Below, piece after piece: positions 1 through 9,580 of a stretch of DNA of 21,000 nucleotides. The stretch's first letter is position 1. The number at the start of each line of letters is the position of its first letter. Position numbers and translations under genes: made by a program. Under the pieces are notes generated by a model that worked only from the letters and a program-made list of their open reading frames with translations, was not told the origin of the DNA and did not search any database. Source of the stretch: Takakia lepidozioides (taxonomy: Eukaryota > Plantae > Bryophyta); NCBI GenBank assembly GCA_030704615.1, contig JAKLZA010000149.1:1-21000 (forward strand), read 5' to 3'.

Positions 1-162
1 TGCAAATAAGTTGAAGGGGTACAGTGGTATCCATGACAAACCCCTGCAGCATGATTTGCATGTTGAACCGCAAGAGCAGTCACGGGCTGCACCAGTGTTA
101 CGAACGGAGTATGGAACACTTGTCGCTAGGCCCAGTATATATGACCGGGGTGGGCAAAACAA

Positions 163-318
163 ACGTGACACAGCCTATCACAGCCCATCACGGCGTGACA
201 CAGCCTGTCACAGCCCGTCACAACGTGACACAGCCTATCACAGCTTACCACAGTGCAACACAGCCTATCACAGCGTAACACAGTATGACACAGCCTGTCA
301 CAGCTCAACACAGCCTAC
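163..318 (+). repeat. 30-bp tandem repeat, ~5 copies (ACGTGACACAGCCTRTCACAGC...)
   Basis: Direct reading shows five 30-bp units, translated as repeated RDTAYHSPSR-like decapeptides. Confidence 0.9.
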
Positions 319-790
319 TAAAGTTACACGATCCATAGAATCAGTGACAAGTGGACACATAAAAACTTCAGGAAAATGGCTGAAGGAAGAAGAAACGGAA
401 ATTACTTTAAAAATAGACACGTGGAGGTCAGGGTGCGACACACAGCAGAGAATGAAGTGCAAGGACAGGTGTCAAAAAGAAAGAGGACAAGAACGGCCGT
501 CAAAAGGGATGAAAGGCGGGCCCATTAATGAATACGGAAAAAGGGAAACAGAACGAACGGCAAGTACAGAAAAACTGAATTCATGTCGCATGTGTGATCC
601 TAGTGGACTATCCAACAGGGAAAGTCCACTAAAGAAGATAAAAGTTAAAATCCAGTCACAGCGGATACAGCCAATAGAAAACCAGAGAAATGATCAAGAA
701 AATGGAGGGAAATTAAGCGCAAGAGGCGGCGTCGTTCTGAGTAACGGGCGTCTCGACAGGACAGGCCATAAATGCTATAACTTGGAAACT

Positions 791-2122
791 ATGGAGGAAC
801 TAACAGACTATACGCTCGCAATATTACTTACGCAATGGCAGAGACACGAAACGAAAGAGCAGAGCTTTTCTCTTGAACAATGCTTGCAAGCCCCGCAGGC
901 TTACAAGAGATTACCCATAGCTTTCTGCGGCAACCATACGTTTCTGCTTTGTGCACTACAGGCATTCCTGCAGTTGTTACAGCCAAAGCAGTTCTGTGAG
1001 TCTAAGATGAAGAGAGTGAGAGGAATGGAGGAAATCAGGGTGAAGAGCACCACAATTCTGCAGAAACAAACGATGGCTACCCCACAGGCGATAAAGATAC
1101 TGAAGGAGCTGAGATTGGAAGGATTGCAAAGCATGGATTGGACACTACACCATAGACAGTACATGTTACAATTTTTGCAGAACTTTGAGCCAAAGACAGG
1201 AACAACAACGGTGAAGGGAGTTGAATTAATGATTACTCCCCTATACCTCCAGCAATTGTTTCGATTGCCAGCAGGTCATGTGTATGTGGAGGAACACAGG
1301 GAAAGACTGCAAATAGGGGATTTATTCCAAGAAGGGAGTTTCTTTAAAACTCAGGGTTATGCTTGTACCAAAGCTGTGTACCCAGGGTTAAAAGACATAG
1401 GCCAAGTATTGAACGTTCTGATTGCCCTGAAACAGAACCAACAATATTTGAGCAGATCCTTCACAGAGGAAATCCTCAAAGGCTTGAAGGGACAAGAGGT
1501 ACCATGGGCGGACATAATGTACAACGCACTGGTAGAGGAGATGAAAAGATTACAAGGTACTACCGCAAAATCTCCTATCATAGTGTCTGGCCCAATCATT
1601 GCTCAAATAATCCTTGATTCTGGCATACTTAATGCACAAGAAAGGAAGGAAATGGGAGTGTTTGAGCCAGAAACAACTGCAATGGAAGAGCAAGGCTCTT
1701 CACACAGTGAGGGTGGACTAGCAGCACAACCCGAGACTAAGAGGCAGAGAAGGGGAAAGACTGTAGTGGCGGATCCACTGGCTTCACGGATTCCGCATGA
1801 TAATGTTTCCCAAGCTCATGACCAGGAAGGGGCACAGCAGCACAAAAGAATGTTATTACTGGAAGCAGGACCTTCAGAGAGGGAGGAAGAAGTTACTTCT
1901 GCATCACAACCAACACAGCCACTTGAACGACTTGTCACAAGGTCACAAGTTATCCATGCAGCTCAACCCGAAATAATTGATTTGGAAAGTGAAGGGATAG
2001 ATATTCCAACTACAGAACAGATAGTGGCAGAAATAGAGAAAGGGGACCTTCTCTATGAATATTCTGGTCTGGTCAAGCAGACAGAAATCCCAGAGGTGCA
2101 ACAGTTGCCCAAGAAATCCTGA
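791..2122 (+). CDS. Retrotransposon accessory ORF ('putative plant transposon protein'-like domain followed by acidic/disordered region)
   Basis: QYMLQFLQNFEPKTGTTTVKGVELMITPLYLQQLFRLP and VPWADIMYNALVEEM...GPIIAQI resemble the accessory-ORF domain of plant Athila/Tat-type elements. The start could be 791 or 1072. The frame is open back to the window start. Confidence 0.55.
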   Translation: MEELTDYTLAILLTQWQRHETKEQSFSLEQCLQAPQAYKRLPIAFCGNHTFLLCALQAFLQLLQPKQFCESKMKRVRGMEEIRVKSTTILQKQTMATPQAIKILKELRLEGLQSMDWTLHHRQYMLQFLQNFEPKTGTTTVKGVELMITPLYLQQLFRLPAGHVYVEEHRERLQIGDLFQEGSFFKTQGYACTKAVYPGLKDIGQVLNVLIALKQNQQYLSRSFTEEILKGLKGQEVPWADIMYNALVEEMKRLQGTTAKSPIIVSGPIIAQIILDSGILNAQERKEMGVFEPETTAMEEQGSSHSEGGLAAQPETKRQRRGKTVVADPLASRIPHDNVSQAHDQEGAQQHKRMLLLEAGPSEREEEVTSASQPTQPLERLVTRSQVIHAAQPEIIDLESEGIDIPTTEQIVAEIEKGDLLYEYSGLVKQTEIPEVQQLPKKS

Positions 2123-2132
2123 GGTACATATA

Positions 2133-3163
2133 ATGCACACACCTGTGTCGGAGGTACCACAGGCGGAAGGCCATGACACTGTAGCACCGGTCATAAATGA
2201 AGTAGTTCAGGAAGAAAATCCGGTGGGACAATGGTCTGAATGGTTAGTGAGACATCATACTGTTGAAGATCGGGAGGAACAGCAGCAACCTCACCATGAT
2301 GACCCTCAACAGGCAATGCTGATGAGTTCCATAGGCAGGACACTTAATTTGTTGGGGACTTATGTCAAAACCCATGTTCCAATTACCCAATTGACAGCCT
2401 TGAAAGAAGAACTCAGGAAGGAGTTTGAGGCTCGACTTGCCACTGAGTGTGCAAACAAGGTCGATGAAGAGGTCACTCTCAAGATGAAGCAGGACTTGGC
2501 CAATACAGAAATGGCTTTGCAATTGGCCAAGCAACAATTGATTGAGGCAGGCCTCGCGCAAGACCAGTTGCACGAAGCACATAAGCAACAGCTATACCAA
2601 ATGCAGGTGCAGCATGAAAGCAAGTTGCAAGAACTGAATGCACTACATACGGAGTTGCAGACAGTGCATAACAGGATGGCGATACAATGCGCTACATTTA
2701 CAACTATGCTTGACCAATCAACAAAAGAAATAAACAGTCAAGCGGAAAAATGTACGAAGGCAGAAGAAGAGAATGTGGAGCACATGAAGCTCATTGTCGA
2801 TATGAAGAATACAATCTGTCGCAATGAAGATACTTTCAAGCAATACAGGCAGATGGAAGCTGAGAAGAGAAATACATCGTGGAGTTGCAACAAACCATCG
2901 TGGCCAATAGAAATGAAATCGCGGTCAGTAACAAGGCTTCGAAAGAAGCCAATAATCTACTTGCTGCCTATGCGCAATTGGTTGAGCCACAGGCGAAGCG
3001 CATGAAGGCTTTACAACAGCAGTTGGAATTGTATAAGCTAAGAGAGGAGCAAACTCTCAGGGGAACCACAAGCAGCTTGGTGGATAACAGCCTTATGCAG
3101 GTCTGGTTAGCACAAGGGCCAGTAGAGGCAAAGCCCCACGGAAGCTCACCCAAAGCGAGATGA
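2133..3163 (+). pseudogene. Coiled-coil accessory ORF, frameshifted near 2875; possibly the continuation of the upstream ORF across a frameshift near 2115
   Basis: Heptad-rich E/Q/K/L sequence in 2055..3005 continues in a second frame as ELQQTIVANRNE...LQQQLELYKLREE (2879..3163). Confidence 0.55.
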
Positions 3164-4557
3164 ATGAGCTCAGACTGCAGGTGCAGAACATTGCCACAAC
3201 TACTATAGACAATGTCTATAGTAGGATAGCAGAGTTACAAGAGGATGTAGACGGACTCCAGACTCAAGTGGAAGACCTCACTTCAAACATCGACCAAAGA
3301 GTCTATATCCCTCAGGAACAGCTAATGGCTTCTTATTTGCAAGCCAGAACTCTGGCTTTTCAGTCTTCACAGGAGGTGCAGGAGATGCCAATGGTACAGG
3401 AACCAGTACCACCACCACCACAACAGGTCAGTGTACCAGTAGCTGAACCTGTGGTTACTACAACCACACCACAGCCACCACAGCCGGAGGTATGGGGCAA
3501 TGCAGCTTTTAACCCACCTAAAACTCCAGCTGCCAGGGAGTACAGTAGGGCTATGATTATGCCCTTCAACCAAATTCCCATCATGTTGGATTTGGCTTGG
3601 AAAGAATTTAGTCCTCCGCAGTCATTCGCACATTACTACCAAATCATGCGTATTTGGCTGCCAGTGGCAACCAGGACTAAAGTTCTTCCAAACAATCGAC
3701 ATATTGAAGATCATCACTTTGCACAATACTGGCACGAGGCAGGTACCATGTTGAGGGAATTGGTTGCTTTCCAGGTTGTACATGGACTCATTTATACCAA
3801 GACCAAGGAGATAGCAAGTATTGTCATGGGGTGCGGGCTATACTACGCTGCTTGTTTTCTGATACGTTACCACATAGAGCAACAAAAGATGCAAGCACGC
3901 TTCAAAGTTACTCCAGTGGAGATCATTGGGTATTACCTTCGGTGCCACCTCATATGTACCTATATGACCCAAAAGTTATGATACAGAAGGATTCTCAAAT
4001 TCGTTCATGGTTTCAAGCAGCCTGCAACAATTTGTCAACACAGAAATTCGGACTTGATGACATTTTCTATAAGGGACATATCGCATGGAAATACTTGCAC
4101 GCTGCACCAGTAATTGGTACCCCACTCATTTGGACAGACAAGGAGCTCAGTGTCTACACCAATTTTGCTGTTCAACGGTTACACCCAGGTTGTAAAATGC
4201 AAACTTCCAGACATGGTAGGACAGCATTGTATGCCCCAGATGATTCCACAAAAAGTTCGAAAATTAAAACACCTGAGAGGCGATGACGATTCTGATACAA
4301 CTGTTTCTTCACAAAATTCTTTTGACATGGGAGAAGACTATGCAATTCAGATGGAAGAGAAGAAACAAAGGGGATCTCCTATGCCGGAAAGATTACCTCG
4401 ATATCAGCCTCCAGAAGGCCTCACTTATCCAGGTAGTGATCAACCATCTCCATCAACCAGAGACAGACCTCGGGCTCGTACACACAGCCCACCACGAAAC
4501 TCTCAACGTCAAGTGATCACTCACAAAGGTTTGCTACTCGAAAACAGTAAACCGTGA
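3160..4557 (+). pseudogene. Third accessory ORF of unknown function (short coiled coil, Pro-rich linker, aromatic-rich domain), frameshifted near 3930 and 4200
   Basis: Three consecutive overlapping ORFs (3160..3981, 3831..4286, 4114..4557) have protein-like composition and end just before the PPT. Confidence 0.5.
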
Positions 4558-4571
4558 GGACACGGCTTTTT

Positions 4572-4584
4572 GAGGGGGAAGGGG
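4572..4584 (+). promoter_or_regulatory. Polypurine tract (plus-strand primer site)
   Basis: GAGGGGGAAGGGG, preceded by a T-run and followed 3 nt later by TGT. Confidence 0.8.
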
Positions 4585-4587
4585 TAA

Positions 4588-5320
4588 TGTTAGAGGACTG
4601 TAGGGGACTTAGACACTTATACGGGATCTGTAGGGTACCCTTAATTTTTGCACAGACTGAGACAAACAGGAACCTTAGGGGTGACAGCAGCGCACTGTAG
4701 AAGGGGGCCCACACAGCCACAGTCACAGCCCACACAGCCACACAGCCCACACAGCCCACACAGCCCACACAGCCCACAGCCCACACAGTCACAGTTCACA
4801 GTTACAGGCGCCACACAGCACAACAGCCAGCACAGCAAACAGCCAGTCACCGCTTGACACAGCTGTCACGATAATAGGGAACGAAGAGTAGGACAGGGAA
4901 CGACTGTGGGGAACAACACCTGTGAAGGGAACATGTTAGTTCACATACGACGGTTAGAGAGGGAAACGGTTAGAACCGCGGATAGGAGGATAAAGGGAAA
5001 ACGGGGATGATGAAGTTATTCGGGGAGGACTTGGAGTCAGGCGGAGCGGAGATCGGAGAGCACGATGAAGGAGGATTAGTAGATGCTTGTTATATGCAAA
5101 GTAGATATTGTAGAGGAGAATTAGAGACACAATGGCTTCGGCCTGATACCTGATAAATCATAATCTGATATTTATACGATACAATCACACTGTGTAGAGA
5201 GATCTGAGTGAAGCTGTGGATTGAATGGAGGAGTGAAGGAAACTAATACTAATTATCAATGGTAAGGTAGCTAAGATGAATGCGAAAAGGGAAACAAATA
5301 GGAAACACCCCCATGATACA
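4588..5320 (+). repeat. 3' LTR (start well supported, end tentative)
   Basis: Begins TGTTAG just after the PPT and is non-coding. A candidate end is ...GATACA at 5320, followed by a compositional change. No second LTR is in the window to confirm it. Confidence 0.5.
4710..4802 (+). repeat. CACAGCC / CACACAGCC simple-repeat tract in the LTR
   Basis: More than ten consecutive 7-9-bp CACAGCC-type units. Confidence 0.9.
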
Positions 5321-5601
5321 CTAGCTGTAGGTCATGACTGATTGTTCTGCGCGGGCTGAGTACTTAGAGATTTCCAACTCTTCTATCTTGGAGTTTCCGC
5401 CTCGGATAGCGAAGGGATGGGTGAGTAAAAGCCGCGCGACGGCGGATGAGGCGCCACGGGGGGTGGAAACGGAAGGGAGAGGGGGGGACCAGAAGGTTGA
5501 GTTGGGGGCAAGCAAAAGGAGGGGGAGGAGAGAATGACCATTAGAAGTCCCGAAAGGGGGGAATGTAACTGGGGATAAGGGGCGCGGGGGGGGCCCGGGT
5601 T

Positions 5602-5705
5602 GGGGGCTGCTATTTCATGAGCCATGAGCCATGAGCGGCATGAGCCATGAGCAGAGTCGTAAGTGTGGAAAAAAACATGAGCAGCACTATTTTCCGGAAA
5701 TGAGT
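5602..5705 (+). repeat. Left imperfect terminal inverted repeat with tandem CATGAGC units
   Basis: GGGGGCTGCTATTT(CATGAGC)x3 GG (CATGAGC)x2 AGAGTCGTAAG...CATGAGC...GGAAATG. Confidence 0.8.
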
Positions 5706-6064
5706 GTCCGCGGGAATAGGGTTTAGGGTGCCACGGTCATAGGGGGAGAAGGACCTCCCGATGAAGGAGGTTCGGCAATGTTATTTAGAATTATATATTG
5801 AAAGGCAATGTTTCGCGAATGGTAGGGTGGTACTGCTCTGTACAATGGGGGCCCATTTCAGCCTACCAGCCATTTGCAAAATTCACCCACACTCCCAATC
5901 CCAAACGAAATGAGCAATGACGCATTCTCGGAACGATGGACACAGAATAGAATAAAAAGAGGGCACAATGAGGTTTTTATTGATCCACATGAATTGCATT
6001 TGAAGCACGTCTACTGTGCTGATTGTGCCCTCAAATCTTGAGCCCTGTGCCTACTGAATACAAG

Positions 6065-6892
6065 TCACGTTGTCAATGGGACTTCGACTGCTCTCAGAAC
6101 TAGCTCATGAGTCCTGGGGCTCCTCCATGTAAAGTCGATTGCAGCCGTTGTACCGCCCCTAGTGATGTTCACCACAATGTCCTGCCCTTCAATCATACCA
6201 CCATCGAATATGGAAATCTTCACGTTTTCGTCGTCCACACCAATGCGAATGTCCCCATACAATGGAGAAGAGGAGCGCACTCCTCGAGGAAATAGGTCTC
6301 TCCGATGGAGTCCACCCACGTCCAGTGGCAGCAGTTCCACCGCAACAGCATAGCAGTGCGCCTTCTTCTGCATGGGTGACCGTCGTAGCTGGGAAAATCG
6401 GAATCGAGGATGCGCAGGAGCCACGGACTCCTCAACCAAGATCGTCACCCCGCTCGAAGGCGTAGTGGCCTACGATATACTCAAAAGCCACCAATGTTTC
6501 CACAATCGAACCAGTATCTTCTGTGTAATCTGTGTACCAGATAACAATGTCTCCCGATGTGGCCGAATACATTGCATAATCGATGCCTCCAAAGGGGCAG
6601 TCGTCCCGGTTCCGGAAGCACGGCATCCTTGCAAAGGAGGACCTGAGGACGACTTGGATGCCGATGACCTTGCGGACAGCTACGAAGCCCTTAGATTTTG
6701 GAAAAGATACGAAGCGGAAGAGCAGTCCGGCCTCCAAAATGGAGCATCTGGGTCACACGTACCCACCGACGGAGGTGGAACGTGTTCATCACGCCAGCGG
6801 TGGATGAAGCCATACATCTTTCTCATCAACAAGTTATAGTTTGAGATCTGCCACCGAAGTCCATCCCCCCGGATGGAAATTCGGCGCCGCAT
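6065..6892 (-). other. Possible degenerate cargo coding region of unknown function
   Basis: One minus frame spans 6892 to 6065 with only two internal TAG stops and ends in a beta-strand-like segment (DIRIGVDDENVKISIFDGGMIEGQDIVVNITRG). No recognisable motif is present, and a plus-strand ORF (6372..6839) competes. Confidence 0.25.
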
Positions 6893-6918
6893 TTACATCG
6901 AAGAGGGGATGGACTTCG
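6855..6918. repeat. 64-bp imperfect hairpin centred on a copy of the 22-bp palindrome
   Basis: Outer arms CGAAGTCCATCCCC (6855-6868) and GGGGATGGACTTCG (6905-6918) are exact reverse complements enclosing GATGGAAATTCGGCGCCGCATTTACATC. Confidence 0.85.
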
Positions 6919-7229
6919 TCGTGTCCAGTGGCTATCGGCCCACCTGGCAGTGACTGCCCATAGTTTGCATGGCAGGGTAGGAAACTGAAACGGCTACATT
7001 CATGCAGCAGCCAATCTTCATCGGTCCAGGATCCTGTAGGGGGAAATTTAAATGTGCCCTGGATGTACCACTTCTGTATGACTGTGTTTCATTGTGTTGA
7101 ATAACTCTCGGATTTGGCCCACTGTTTACAATTTGATGTCTCATTTCTACAATTTGTCTGTCTGGTTGAATAAGCAGAGTAACCGGTATGTGAGTCATGT
7201 GTCAAGAATATACCAGAGTACGCCATGTC

Positions 7230-7951
7230 GGAAATGCGTTTCCATGTCGGACATCGAAATGCGGCACCGCATTTCCATGTGGGACAAGAAAATGCGGTGC
7301 ATCATTTCCGTCCAGGTACACGAAATACCAACACGGGTCTATAAATTGATCAGAAAACGAGGTTGGCATTGCAAATGCGGCGACGCATTTCCAGCTTGGC
7401 AATGGAAACTTCTTTTTGGACAAGGGAATGCGGTGCCGCATTTCCGTCCAACACTTCGAAAAGTGCACCTATTTCCGACCAGCGCGATGGAATGCGTTAC
7501 CGCATTTCCGAGAGGGTCTGCAAATGGACAAATTGCGATGTCCGTTCTGGAAATGCGGCGCCGCATTTCCATGTCCGTCATCGACTTTTTTTTTACAATG
7601 GAATGCGGTGCCAATTTTTGCTGATGGGCCTGCAGTTCGAACAACGACCATCCCCAATATGGAAATGCGGCACCGCATTTCCAATCCCGCCATGTCGGCC
7701 TCCTTGTTCGACCTCCTTGTTCGACCTCTGTAAGCGTGGTGGCATCCATGCAATGAGCGGGAGAGGCCAAAACTGGCGTGTGGACAAAGGAAATTTTGGA
7801 AATGCGGCACCGCATTCCAATTCAGATTACTTTTTACTATGCCAACATTGAAATGGAAAATTAGTCCCTCCCCTGTTTTGGAAATGCGGTGCCGCATTTC
7901 CAAAAGAGGTTCTTAGAGTTGCCAAAATTTTGGAAATGCCCCCCCATTTCT
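7230..7951. repeat. Second cluster of the 22-bp palindrome (~12 full or partial copies, irregular spacing)
   Basis: Copies start near 7255, 7288, 7371, 7424, 7488, 7549, 7599, 7661, 7798 and 7880, with degenerate ones at 7230, 7457 and 7932. Confidence 0.9.
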
Positions 7952-8759
7952 GATTTTGGGAGCGTCGTGGTTTGGGCGATTGTGTGGCTGGAATGCACAC
8001 TGGAGAGGGGTCACGAATGTCGGGCAGAATTTTCTTATATACTCTGGAAGAGAATTTACATTTACAGAGACTTCATTAAAATTCTATTAATCTTGAAAAT
8101 CATCCGAATCCTCATCCTGTTCTAGACTGTCCTGCTCCTCCTCCACCCCTCAGTGCCTCTCTCATCTCCAGCGGACTGCTCGTTGGCCAGGCTTTCGAAA
8201 ATCCCATCTTCCCCTTGCGGAACTGTCCATCTCACCTCCGTTGGGTCGTCTCCTCCCTGTCTGCGTCGCTCTCATCCGCTGAATCACATATGTACTTTCG
8301 TACCCGTCTACCTGTCTGAGCTGCTGCCAACTCTTTCCTTATCCTTCTGTCCTCCCCTAGCCCTCTCCAAAATCTGCTCTACTTTACTGGGATTCTCACT
8401 TCTTCTAATCGCTGTATTTGCGAGTTTAGCTGCATAACTAGGAAGGGAGTAGTCCCTCACCGGGCTCGTCATGAAGTCGGCCCTCGCAAAGAACGGGACA
8501 TTCTTCCTGGCAGGAAGTGTAGGCCCTACATGTTTCGACCCGGACCCTGCAATCCTGCACATGACAATCATCAACGAGACTAATGAGAACCACAGTCGGG
8601 AAATTCGTTTGACATAAATGACCCAGAAGGCTTTGCAAACTTACAATGTTTGCACTCACTCGTATTCCGGGTTCTCCTCTGCATCAATGTCCACTGTGTC
8701 TTCCTCGACTCCGACGAATCCGAGGAGACTTCCGCTCTGTCGGGAGCCTTCACATTCCG

Positions 8760-9580
8760 TTGCAGCCCCTCCAGATGGGATCCCCACACGGATGAATCCT
8801 CCTCGTAGGCAAAGAGGTGCCGGTCGGAAAACCGCCCAGCCCACATTGAGGCACCTGTTACAATGCCATCCACACATTACCACATGGCGCTTCAGATGTT
8901 GCGAACTACATCCTAACGAGAATTTGCAGAACAGCAGATCAAGATTCTGCATACCTGTCCCACAGATGAGGTCGAGCACTGTGCCCTCCACGTCTGTGCA
9001 TGTCTCCATAATTGTCTGAATGAAGGCAGGGCTCCGAGTCCGTGAGTACCGCAGGGGTTCCGTTGAAGTGAGGCTATGAGGGAGAAGTTCCTTGGGAACG
9101 TTGTTGAACAGAACGTCGTAATCGAGTGGGTCGCAGTTCGGGTCAACCTTTCCTCCCTCCTTCCGGAAAGCAAAGGTGGAGTTCCTTCACAAAGCAGTAT
9201 GCATCGAACTGCTTCGTCTGCATACACAGGGGAACGATTATGCGGCGCATTTGAAAGCACCCAAGCAAATGAATGGACGAGTGCCAGTGTCGTAATCACC
9301 TTCTTCCCTTCCGACCGAAGGCCCAGTGTGTTGATGCACGTCCACTTCTTTTTCAGAATCGGGACGGCGCTCTTGCGGGTCCACTTCGCAATTCCTGTCT
9401 GAGTGTTTTTTCCTCTGCTCGCCAGGACAACCACACAGCCTCTGTCGTCCAACACCATGCGGGCAAGCCCGAATCCTTTCTTCCAAAAGTCCTCCGAGTA
9501 CCTGTTCCAAGATGGCAAAGCTTGCAGTCCTTCCACAGGCTCTCCGTCCGGAATATCCAAGATGATCATATCGCAAGACC
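8760..9580 (-). other. Amino-methyltransferase (N6_N4_Mtase-like, beta permutation) domain over three exons
   Basis: The order is motif IV (DIPD), a helix WKKGFGLARMVLDDRGCVVVL, then motif X/I (LDLICGTG) and motif II (RHLFAYEED), matching beta-class architecture. Confidence 0.75.

Larger units (their letters stand above)
1..5320 (+). mobile_element. 3' portion of a Ty3/gypsy-type LTR retrotransposon (integrase tail, extra ORFs, PPT, 3' LTR)
   Basis: The frame from base 2 reads ANKLKGY, resembling the end of the integrase GPY/F region. An extra ORF resembles plant retroelement accessory proteins. The gypsy-like GAGGACACGGCTTTTTGAGGGGGAAGGGGTAA|TGT PPT/LTR junction lies at ~4556-4590. The right end (5320) is tentative. 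Confidence 0.7.

Noticed and set aside
4517-4857. ORFs with CVG/HSP repeats
   Set aside because: Translations of the CACAGCC simple repeat within the LTR.
5440-5606. G-run-rich tract (possible G-quadruplex or CT-rich leader on the minus strand)
   Set aside because: Composition alone; no supporting ORF or boundary.
5717-5728. TAGGGTTTAGGG plant telomere-like or telo-box sequence
   Set aside because: Fewer than two units; too short to distinguish from chance.
7094-7903. Overlapping ORFs over the second cluster
   Set aside because: Same palindrome-translation artefact.
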